Assembly: GCA_965223295.1 (NCBI GenBank)
Contig: CBDCWC010000003.1
Span: forward strand, 1,472,001-1,536,000
Source of the DNA: Nitrospirales bacterium
GTDB taxonomy: Bacteria; Nitrospirota; Nitrospiria; Nitrospirales; UBA8639
Direction of reading: 5' to 3'
DNA length: 64,000 nucleotides
Shown: piece after piece, positions 30,722 to 39,296 of the stretch
Layout: each line of letters begins with the position of its first letter
How positions within the stretch are numbered: position 1 is the stretch's first letter
Notes under the pieces: generated by a model
Databases searched by the model: none
What the model was told of the DNA's origin: nothing
Seen by the model: the letters and a program-made list of their open reading frames with translations, nothing else
Program-made: the position numbers and the translations under genes

Positions 30722-32317
30722 ATGGGTGAATATTCCTTATTAATTATTCTCTTTGCTCCATTTCTGGGATCAATCGCCCTCATCTTCATTCCTCGACAAG
30801 AGGAATTGATGGTGCGAATGACGGCGGCTGTTTCTGCCGGTATCAGTCTCTTAGCATCATTTTATATCTTCTTTGCCTATGACACCGCCAAAGGTGGTTT
30901 CCAGTTTGTCCAGCGATTTGCTTGGTCGGAGGAACTTGGCATTGCCTTTTATGTTGGCGTTGATGGCATTGGCGGGCCACTCGTGTTTGCTTCGGCCATC
31001 CTATTGTTTGCTGGAGTATTTGTATCTTGGCATATCAAAGACCGGACCAAAGAATTTTATATTTTTCTCCTGATCCTCGCGGCTGCCACCATCGGTGTCT
31101 TTATGTCCCTGGATCTATTCTTCTTGTATTTCTTCTATGAAATGTCTGTACTGCCCATGTATTTATTGTTGGGCGTATGGGGGAGCCATACTAAGGGCTA
31201 CCTCTCTATGACCGACCCCGAGGGGCTGAAGCTTCGTGATTCCGTGAACTTCATTTTCAATTTTGGGTCCAACAGCAAAGAATATGCTGCTATGAAGCTG
31301 ACGCTCTTCTTGTCAGCCGGCGCCGTCATGGCGCTGATGGGCATTTTACTAATCTATCATATGTCGGGATTGCATACCTTTGATATTCTCGTTCTCCGCG
31401 AACAAGCTAAGTTTTCCGATACGATGTCAACAGTTATCTGGATTCTGATCTTTTTTGGGTTTGCTTCGATTGCGCCGATATGGCCGTTGCATTCCTGGTC
31501 GCCCGTTGGTCATGCAGCTGCCCCTGCTGCCACCAGCATGTTGCATGCTGGCGTTCTGATGAAACTGGGGCATTTTTCGATTATTCGTGTGGGCTTTGAA
31601 ATTTTGCCTGAAACTACACGTGATCTCATGTGGATTGCAGCTGTCCTGTGTGTTGGTTCAATTATTTATGGTGGGTTGGTGTCGTATTTTGCTAAGGACA
31701 CGAAATATGTCATTGGTTATTCCAGTTCCAGTCACATGGGCTATATCTTTTTAGGTATGGCGGCCTTGAGTTATATCAGTCTTTCAGGAGCCGTGATTTA
31801 TATGTTTGCCCATGCTTTGGCCACGAGTATGTTGTTTGCCATGGCTGGGTGGGTCTATGACCAAACCCACACCCGAGATATCCCCTCTTTGGGTGGCCTC
31901 GTGGACAAGATGCCTTTTATTGCGGGCGCATTTATTGTGGCCTGTATGGCCTCCATTGGGATGCCGGGCACGATTAATTTCGTTGCCGAAGTCATGATCA
32001 TCGTAGGTAGCTGGGATCGATATCCTTTCCAGGTGATGGTGGCTATTCTTGGGATCGTCCTCACGATGGCCTATATGTTTAAAATGATGCGTGGTCTCTT
32101 CTATGGAAAAATGGATCCAGAGTATGCCCATACGGCAGATGCCCGGAATTGGGTGGATCGAATGCCACTTCTCTTGCTCATCGCCTGCAGCATCATTTTA
32201 GGTCTGTTCCCGGGGCATTTTTATGATGTCGTGCAATCGACAGTGGAACCCATGGTTGATCGAATCACACAAGGCGCTCCGTTAGTCACACACAATACAC
32301 AAGGTTCGTTGCCTTAA
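30722..32317 (+). CDS. nuoM: NADH-quinone oxidoreductase subunit M (copy 2)
   Basis: FFYEMSVLP, WPLHSWSP.GH, GVLMKLG, SSSSHMG. Confidence 0.92.
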   Translation: MGEYSLLIILFAPFLGSIALIFIPRQEELMVRMTAAVSAGISLLASFYIFFAYDTAKGGFQFVQRFAWSEELGIAFYVGVDGIGGPLVFASAILLFAGVFVSWHIKDRTKEFYIFLLILAAATIGVFMSLDLFFLYFFYEMSVLPMYLLLGVWGSHTKGYLSMTDPEGLKLRDSVNFIFNFGSNSKEYAAMKLTLFLSAGAVMALMGILLIYHMSGLHTFDILVLREQAKFSDTMSTVIWILIFFGFASIAPIWPLHSWSPVGHAAAPAATSMLHAGVLMKLGHFSIIRVGFEILPETTRDLMWIAAVLCVGSIIYGGLVSYFAKDTKYVIGYSSSSHMGYIFLGMAALSYISLSGAVIYMFAHALATSMLFAMAGWVYDQTHTRDIPSLGGLVDKMPFIAGAFIVACMASIGMPGTINFVAEVMIIVGSWDRYPFQVMVAILGIVLTMAYMFKMMRGLFYGKMDPEYAHTADARNWVDRMPLLLLIACSIILGLFPGHFYDVVQSTVEPMVDRITQGAPLVTHNTQGSLP

Positions 32318-32325
32318 TGAGTTAC

Positions 32326-32365
32326 TCCTCTCCTTTGTAAGGGGAGGACCAAGGTGGGGTAGAAA
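32326..32365. repeat. REP-like hairpin in the nuoM-nuoN spacer
   Basis: TCCTCTCCTT-TGT-AAGGGGAGGA stem followed by GGTGGGGTAGAAA. Confidence 0.6.
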
Positions 32366-32390
32366 CTCTAACACTGATTAAACAAGTTCC

Positions 32391-33878
32391 ATGACTTTTA
32401 ACCTCACATTATCCGGCGCTGATCTTCTTTTACTGCTTCCGGAGATTTTTCTCACACTCTGGCTTTGCGTTGTTCTTGCGCTAGATTTCTCTCTGAAACG
32501 TATCACGCATCAACAACTTGCCCATTTGAGTATAGGTGGCTTAGTCGTCACCGGACTCATGCTCTTTGTCTTTGACCAAAACGGCACGACAGGCGCGCTC
32601 TTTAAGAATATGTATGTGCTGGACCATATGGCACTCTTTTTCAAAATCATGATCGTTGGCGCCTCCGCTCTGGTTTTATTCATCTCCATTGATTACGTAC
32701 GCGCCTTTAGGTTTTTCCGCGGGGAATATTATTTCATGGTCCTCATGTCGGCGATTGGCATGATGTTCATGGCTTCCTCAAATGATTTGTTATCCGTCTT
32801 TGTCACCTTAGAGTTTTCAACATTTGGCTTTTACGTCTTGGTTGCCTATCTCCGAGATGATCAACGGTCCTCGGAAGCTGGCTTGAAATTTTTCATCCTT
32901 GGGGTATTTGCCGCAGGCCTCTTAGCTTACGGGATTAGTTTGGTCTATGGAGAAACAGGAACCCTGGTATTTTCAGAAATGGCTGGCACCCCAGGGAGCT
33001 ATGGCCTCGCGATTGGATTTATTTTGATTTTTGCAGCGCTTGGATTCAAAATCGGGGCTGTTCCATTCCATGCCTGGATTCCCGATACCTATCAAGGGGC
33101 TCCCACTCCTGTCACGGCCTTTTTGTCTATTGCGCCCAAAGCCGCGGCCTTGGCTATTTTGCTTCGCATGTTTTTAGTGGCCTTAGCCTCATTTAAGCCT
33201 ATGTGGGTTCTCCTCTTTGTCGTGGCCTCTATTGTTTCGATGACCTACGGCAACATTGTGGCCATTGCTCAAAAGAATATTAAGCGTTTGTTGGCCTATT
33301 CGGGGATTGCACAAATTGGAAACATTATGATCGGGCTAGCGGCAGGAACGAAGCAAGGCAGTGACGCGATTATGTTTTACCTGTTGACCTATCTGTTCGC
33401 CAACCTCGGGGCTTTTGCCGTCGTCATCGCTGTGAGCCAAGTCATCAAGAGTGATGAAATTGAAGATTACAACGGCCTGAACCGACGCTCTCCATTCTTA
33501 GCAGCCTCGATGCTTCTCTTTCTGTTGTCACTAGCTGGAGTGCCACCGCTGGCAGGCTTTATTGGCAAGATTTATTTATTCATCGCCGCCATGAACCAGG
33601 AACTCTATACTCTGCTAATTGTTGGACTCATTAATATCGTCATTTCCATGTATTACTATCTGATTGTAGTGAAGAAGATGTATATTAATGAACCCACCGA
33701 CTCATCACCCATCCCCACATCACTTCCCATCAAGGTCGCTGTCTATGTTGGTGTGGCCGGCACCCTGTTGTTAGGCATCTACCCTGGTCCCTTCATCGAT
33801 TGGGCGGTTGATGCCACCCTCATGTTCTCCAACATTGCCAGTCCCACAGCTTCTCTTCCCGTCTTACCTGACGGCTAA
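32391..33878 (+). CDS. nuoN: NADH-quinone oxidoreductase subunit N
   Basis: EAGLKFF, FKIGAVPFHAW.PD.YQGAPTP, KRLLAYS. Confidence 0.96.
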   Translation: MTFNLTLSGADLLLLLPEIFLTLWLCVVLALDFSLKRITHQQLAHLSIGGLVVTGLMLFVFDQNGTTGALFKNMYVLDHMALFFKIMIVGASALVLFISIDYVRAFRFFRGEYYFMVLMSAIGMMFMASSNDLLSVFVTLEFSTFGFYVLVAYLRDDQRSSEAGLKFFILGVFAAGLLAYGISLVYGETGTLVFSEMAGTPGSYGLAIGFILIFAALGFKIGAVPFHAWIPDTYQGAPTPVTAFLSIAPKAAALAILLRMFLVALASFKPMWVLLFVVASIVSMTYGNIVAIAQKNIKRLLAYSGIAQIGNIMIGLAAGTKQGSDAIMFYLLTYLFANLGAFAVVIAVSQVIKSDEIEDYNGLNRRSPFLAASMLLFLLSLAGVPPLAGFIGKIYLFIAAMNQELYTLLIVGLINIVISMYYYLIVVKKMYINEPTDSSPIPTSLPIKVAVYVGVAGTLLLGIYPGPFIDWAVDATLMFSNIASPTASLPVLPDG

Positions 33879-33912
33879 TTTCTTTTTTCGTATCCACGGC
33901 ATTTTTGTCCAT

Positions 33913-35469
33913 TCACGCCTTAATCCCACTGGCTGTCTTTTCGTGAAACTTGAGCCCTAGGCCAAACTTTTGTTCCCAAACAACTCGACTGTCATAGGTC
34001 CCCTGGTACTCACCTTCCTGAAGTTTAAGGATGACGTTCTGTCCTTTCAATTGAAGCGGTTGGTCACAATGAAGCCTCACTCCACCTCCAACTGAAAAAT
34101 CCATGACATCACAGTCAACCCGATTTTCATTCAGTTCAAGGATCCCGCGCACATGCAATGGCAGACGAACGGAACGACGTTTCTGATAGTAGTCTTCGCG
34201 GAATACAGGAAGCCGATGTATCAGTTCTTGAGATAAGTTTTTCGGTGTATACCGGGTATACTGTTGGTTTTCTCCTTCATGCAGGAATTTTTGAAATCCA
34301 CTTTCATGGATCATTTCATTCCTCGTCCTTCCAGCTTTTTTTGAAGTGTCTGCTTTGAGAACTTCAGCATCGGAAGATTGTTGCTTCATCCTCTGCTTCC
34401 AGATTTGAGACGTTCTGGGAATTTTCAACGCCATTTTGTTAAACGCTGGACCTTCACCTCCTATCACCCGGGTGTGAGGCAATACACCTAAAGCCATCAA
34501 CCCCTTGTATATCCATCGAAACGAATTTTCAGGGTGGCTTTTCTGTCGATCCACATTGGCCTGAATTTTTTGAATCTCTGAATCTTTGAAATCCAGCCCG
34601 ACATTCTGTGCACGATGGACCATCCACAAGAGAGCTTCGTCGGACAGTTTCGTATCCAATGCTCCTCCACCAATATCTGAATGACTGCCAGGAAACCACA
34701 CCTGGCAAATGTCCTTTGTATGAGAAGTTTTCGTCTTCGATTCGGCTGATTTGGTCCAAAGATCAGGCTTAAACGGTCCACGCCGTTCATCAATGGCTAC
34801 GGCATGGTAGGCGTATTCCACATGGCCTCCCAATTCGGTATCAAAGAATCCCACCCACTTTCTCGTCAACGGCTTGATATATGGAATAGGTACTCCCAAC
34901 GCCCCAACGGTATCCCACACGCCTATCATCTTAATTAATGCACGTCGGGTTTTACTGTGATCTTCGGTGATTTTTCGAAACGGATGTGCCCCGCGTTTCA
35001 GGGGATGTGTATTGTAATAATGAAAAGCGGCAGGGAGTAAATGAAGGTGTTCTGGAAGTAAGAGTCCTACACATCCAAGCATTCCCCCAAGGGCGCGCAC
35101 AGTGTAGGCTCCGCGACTAAAACCAAAAAAATAGAGTTCATCTCCATCGACATAATTGTGACATAAGAAGCGATAGGCCTTTTTTAAATGTGCAGAAAGC
35201 CCCAGTCCGGTCAGGCCTCCCACATATCGATCAAATAAACTGCGGTCAGTTCCCACCCCTGGATCATAGTAAATGACTTGATGCCGCCCTTCTCCATCAC
35301 AGGGCTGAAGCAAACGGGAGATTTTGACAACATTGGTTGCACGGTATCGTTTGTCATCCCCATTTTTTTCGTCCTGATTCCACTCTTTTTCGGGACGATT
35401 CCATGTTCCATCACAACAGACTATAAGCTTTTTGTGTAGATGCAGAGGAGGCATCTGATGCGTCTCCAA
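33913..35469 (-). CDS. DUF2235 (Tle1-like alpha/beta hydrolase) fused to a C-terminal PilZ domain
   Basis: CCDGTWN, TNV, GFSRGA, GVWDTV, WFPGSHSDIGGG; C-terminal KRRSVR...DFSVGG. Confidence 0.9.
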   Translation of the reverse strand: METHQMPPLHLHKKLIVCCDGTWNRPEKEWNQDEKNGDDKRYRATNVVKISRLLQPCDGEGRHQVIYYDPGVGTDRSLFDRYVGGLTGLGLSAHLKKAYRFLCHNYVDGDELYFFGFSRGAYTVRALGGMLGCVGLLLPEHLHLLPAAFHYYNTHPLKRGAHPFRKITEDHSKTRRALIKMIGVWDTVGALGVPIPYIKPLTRKWVGFFDTELGGHVEYAYHAVAIDERRGPFKPDLWTKSAESKTKTSHTKDICQVWFPGSHSDIGGGALDTKLSDEALLWMVHRAQNVGLDFKDSEIQKIQANVDRQKSHPENSFRWIYKGLMALGVLPHTRVIGGEGPAFNKMALKIPRTSQIWKQRMKQQSSDAEVLKADTSKKAGRTRNEMIHESGFQKFLHEGENQQYTRYTPKNLSQELIHRLPVFREDYYQKRRSVRLPLHVRGILELNENRVDCDVMDFSVGGGVRLHCDQPLQLKGQNVILKLQEGEYQGTYDSRVVWEQKFGLGLKFHEKTASGIKA

Positions 35470-35692
35470 AAAATTGATCGACTAAGAATTGAAAATCTGC
35501 CAAAATTTTTTAATAGAATCAACATTAAAAAACGAACAAGTCCTGACCGAAGAAGGGAACATCTGCAGCAAGATACCTGTTATCCACCGGGGCCTATCGA
35601 GTTAGGAGGACGAAACCTGCAAAAGGAATCCGAATTGTTCTTCTAGAAGTTGGATTCGAAAATGAATGGAACGTTGAAAGGGTGTGGAACTG

Positions 35693-36358
35693 TTAATAGC
35701 GTGGAAAAGTCTCAGAAATAGGTATACCTAAATCACTTAATATGTCCAGAGGGGAAATCCCTTCAAAATGCCAAAGAGCTCCTAGACTCCCAGCGACGGC
35801 CACTACAATGAGCAGCAAAATAAGGAGAATGACTGATGTTTTTTTCTTGCCAGGAAACTGAGGTGGAGAGAAATCAACTTCTTTCTCCATTGATGAATCC
35901 TGCCACAGTGGAGAACGGCTGCGAAGGGGAAGAAGGCTTTCTTGCTCGGGTGGATGAAAGTCAAGTTCATTCAATATTTGTGAATGGGACGATTCCGTAT
36001 TGGTTTTGATTGAAGGTGGAACTTCTTGAGAAACTAATTTGGTCTCTCCGTCTTTAATTTTTACTTTTCGAGTGTAGGGTGTTCCGCAATGTGGACATAA
36101 CCAGTTTTCTTCTTTTAAGCTCTCATGGGGGGTGACCTGAGGTTGTTGCTCCTCTATCTTGTTCACTCCACAATTCGGACATGAGCGTGCTTGTTTGGAG
36201 ATAAGAAAGCCACAATCTGGGCAAGGATACAATTTGTCAGACTGCACTGAATTTTCAGAAACCCCTTGTTTTCCTGGGAAAGGTAAGGCGCATTGAGGGC
36301 AGGCCAGTGCCTGGGTCGAAACTTCTTTTTGGCATTCAGGACATGGGACAAGAGCCAT
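35693..36358 (-). CDS. multi-zinc-ribbon protein with C-terminal TM
   Basis: five CPxC motifs; hydrophobic segment near the C-terminus. Confidence 0.8.
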   Translation of the reverse strand: MALVPCPECQKEVSTQALACPQCALPFPGKQGVSENSVQSDKLYPCPDCGFLISKQARSCPNCGVNKIEEQQPQVTPHESLKEENWLCPHCGTPYTRKVKIKDGETKLVSQEVPPSIKTNTESSHSQILNELDFHPPEQESLLPLRSRSPLWQDSSMEKEVDFSPPQFPGKKKTSVILLILLLIVVAVAGSLGALWHFEGISPLDILSDLGIPISETFPRY

Positions 36359-36674
36359 TTTAATGGATTCCGATCATTTACTATTCAGTAAAAAGGATGA
36401 AAGAATTGACAGATTGATTCTCTTCCATTTGATTTTCTCTAACTATTTTCTCTGATCTGTTTGACAAATCTCAAGCCTATTTTCTCTCTCTATCACCGGC
36501 AATTGCGAGTCTGAAAACTCAGTATCTCTTGCTGCTCAATTTTTTAATGTAACATTTCTACATCTTCAAAGACCTCCTGTATAGAGATGAGTTGACCTCT
36601 TTTGCGAAATGTGTTTATAAATTAAAGGCTTAGGAAGAAAGACTGGTATTATCCTAGAATGAAATGAGGGTGCA

Positions 36675-37880
36675 ATGGCCAATAACGTCGTAGGGGATCG
36701 CAACAGTTCTATCACTCAATCTGTTAGTCAACGCTATGCCAAAGCTGTCACGAATGGCGAAGAAATGTGCTGCCCAACCGGCTACAATCATGAAGATCTG
36801 GGAAAATTTATTCCTGAGGCTGTGTTAAAGGTCTCGTATGGCTGTGGAACACCAGTTGGCTTGTCCACTGTGCAGCCCGGAGAAGTTGTTCTGGATATCG
36901 GTTCCGGTGGAGGCATCGACTGTTTTGAGGCATCGCGTAAGGTTGGAGCAACCGGAAAAGTGATTGGAATCGACATGACGGATGAAATGTTGACTCTGGC
37001 ACGAACCCACGCTCCAACAGTCGCCCACAATCTCGGATATTCCTCATCAAATGTGGATTTTCGCAAAGGATATGCCGACGCCATGCCGGTAGAAGATAAT
37101 CAGATTGATCTCATTATTTCTAATTGCGTCATTAATCTTGCTCCAGATAAGAAAAAAGTATTCCAAGAAATGTATCGCGTGCTTCAACCGGGTGGGAGGT
37201 TTACGATCTCCGATATCGTGGCCGATCAACCTATTCCTCAATATATGATTCACGATAGTGCGAAATGGGGAGACTGTTTATCTGGAGCGCTAACCATCAA
37301 AGATTATTGGGGAGGGCTTCGAGACGCCGGCTTTCGTGGGTTACACCAAATAACAGTCATTCCCTGGAGGGTCATCGATGGTATTCATTTCGTTTCTGTC
37401 ACACTGACAGGTTATAAAGTCCCAGTTGCGGCGGCCACCACATCCGCCTTCGCAACATTGAGGGGCCCATTTTCCCAAGTCAGAACTGAATCAGGGGTCA
37501 CCTTTCACCGTGGGGCTCCTCAACAAATTGATGACCAGGCTGCCTGCTTGTTAGCTTTGCCATCTTATAAAGATCATTTTATTCTGACTGATCGTCCGAT
37601 TGCTCTGACTGATCAAGATCCCCAACTGTATGCTGTGCGTCCCGAGGACACTCCATGTATCTGGGAAGGCCAGTTTGCCGTTCTCACAGGCCCTTTTTTA
37701 GAGGTGAGTGATGATGATGGGCATACTTATCATTGCGGAGAACCATTAGAAATCTGTTCAAAAACATTCAGGGTCCTTCAACATCCTCAATATCAATCAT
37801 CCTTTGGAATCATTGATCGAGCACGAGAAGCAGGCACAGCCGAACCAGTCATTTGTGGCACGTCCACCGAATGTTGTTAG
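36675..37880 (+). CDS. arsM: arsenite methyltransferase-like protein
   Basis: MCCP, SYGCG.P, VLDIGSGGGID, ISNCVINL, WGDCLSGA; adjacent to arsS. Confidence 0.82.
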   Translation: MANNVVGDRNSSITQSVSQRYAKAVTNGEEMCCPTGYNHEDLGKFIPEAVLKVSYGCGTPVGLSTVQPGEVVLDIGSGGGIDCFEASRKVGATGKVIGIDMTDEMLTLARTHAPTVAHNLGYSSSNVDFRKGYADAMPVEDNQIDLIISNCVINLAPDKKKVFQEMYRVLQPGGRFTISDIVADQPIPQYMIHDSAKWGDCLSGALTIKDYWGGLRDAGFRGLHQITVIPWRVIDGIHFVSVTLTGYKVPVAAATTSAFATLRGPFSQVRTESGVTFHRGAPQQIDDQAACLLALPSYKDHFILTDRPIALTDQDPQLYAVRPEDTPCIWEGQFAVLTGPFLEVSDDDGHTYHCGEPLEICSKTFRVLQHPQYQSSFGIIDRAREAGTAEPVICGTSTECC

Positions 37881-37958
37881 GGCATCATCAATCCACCACA
37901 TGAGCGTATTCCTAATCAAAGTCCTCTCGTTGCGAATTTTCCCGCCTGAGTTCTGACT

Positions 37959-38969
37959 ATGCTTCATTCACCACTCCCCTTGGCATCATCCCTTCTTTCG
38001 CCTTTCACGGCACCTTCATTTGAAGAAATTTTGGTCTCACATGGACAACGTCCGCTACACTCCAAATCCGTCTCGACTCTGCAGGTCAATGTCGGAAAAG
38101 TTTGTAATCAAACTTGTCATCATTGCCATGTCGATGCCGGACCTCAGCGAACCGAAAGTATGACCAAGGCGACCATTGATCAAATCATTCAAGTTCTGGA
38201 TCAAACACCGCAGATCTCGACAATAGATATTACTGGCGGAGCGCCGGAAATGAACCCGCATTTTGAGTATTTGGTTCAACAATGTAGGGTTCGCAATCGA
38301 ACTGTCATTGATCGATGCAATCTTACCGTATTTTATGTGAAGGGGAAGTCGCACCTCCCGGAGTTTTTGGCGAAACATCACGTCGAAATTATTGCCTCAC
38401 TCCCTTGTTATGAAGAAGCGAATGTTGATCAACAGCGCGGGAAAGGCGTCTTTGATCGAAGTATCAGCGCCTTGCACACGTTAAATGCTCTTGGTTATGG
38501 GAAGGAGGGAACAAATCTTCGCCTACATCTTGTTTACAACCCGCTTGGCCCGTCTCTTCCTCCATCTCAAATTGAACTGGAACAAGATTATAAACACGAG
38601 CTCATGAGCCGATATGGGATACAGTTCAATAGATTGCTGACCATTACCAATATGCCCATCAGCAGATTTTTAGAAGACCTCGGAAGTCAAGAACATGTGG
38701 AAGCCTACTACGAGCTGTTGGAATCCAACTTTAATACCACAACTGTGAACGAAGTCATGTGCCGTTCGCTCATCAGTGTAGGATGGGACGGGCGTTTATT
38801 CGACTGTGATTTCAATCAAATGCTTGATCTGCCGTTACAGGAGGGGAAACCTCAAAGGATTGCCGATTTTAATCTTGCCAGCTTAGAAAGTCGGCGCATC
38901 ATGGTAGGTTCGCATTGTCTGGGCTGTACAGCGGGCGCAGGGTCATCCTGCGGTGGCTCTCTGTCCTAA
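37959..38969 (+). CDS. arsS: arsenosugar-biosynthesis-type radical SAM protein (DUF3641)
   Basis: CNQTCHHCHVDAGP, DITGGAPE, DCDFNQML, HCLGCTAGAGSSCGG. Confidence 0.9.
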   Translation: MLHSPLPLASSLLSPFTAPSFEEILVSHGQRPLHSKSVSTLQVNVGKVCNQTCHHCHVDAGPQRTESMTKATIDQIIQVLDQTPQISTIDITGGAPEMNPHFEYLVQQCRVRNRTVIDRCNLTVFYVKGKSHLPEFLAKHHVEIIASLPCYEEANVDQQRGKGVFDRSISALHTLNALGYGKEGTNLRLHLVYNPLGPSLPPSQIELEQDYKHELMSRYGIQFNRLLTITNMPISRFLEDLGSQEHVEAYYELLESNFNTTTVNEVMCRSLISVGWDGRLFDCDFNQMLDLPLQEGKPQRIADFNLASLESRRIMVGSHCLGCTAGAGSSCGGSLS

Positions 38970-39055
38970 GTAATCTTCTCAGGTTCCCTCTCAAGCGCCG
39001 TACTTCTTGCACTCTTATTTTCTTGTATTTGAATGACCGGCAACTCTTGCTTCTT

Positions 39056-39274
39056 GGGAGTGTTGAATAATGAAGATATCAAAAGTCATATTTCGCCAGG
39101 AAGCTCTTGGCGATCAATAGCGTCGGGTCGGAAAGTCCGTTCGCCTGCGCGAAGCTGCTCCGGCGAAGCCAGGTCCAGCAAGGCTCCAGCCATTTTTACG
39201 CGCGGAGCGTACTGGTCCTACGTGAGCACGGAACAATGGCGAGAACGCTGCTGGCGGATTTTTTCAACAGTCCC
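39056..39274 (-). mobile_element. MITE family B, copy 2
   Basis: TIRs GGGAGTGTTGAATAA / TTTTTCAACAGTCCC; 5-bp TSD TTCTT. Confidence 0.9.
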
Positions 39275-39296
39275 TTCTTGTCCAATCAAGGTGCCG

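Noticed and set aside
33913-35469. T6SS effector locus
   Set aside because: No vgrG, PAAR, hcp or immunity lipoprotein gene is adjacent
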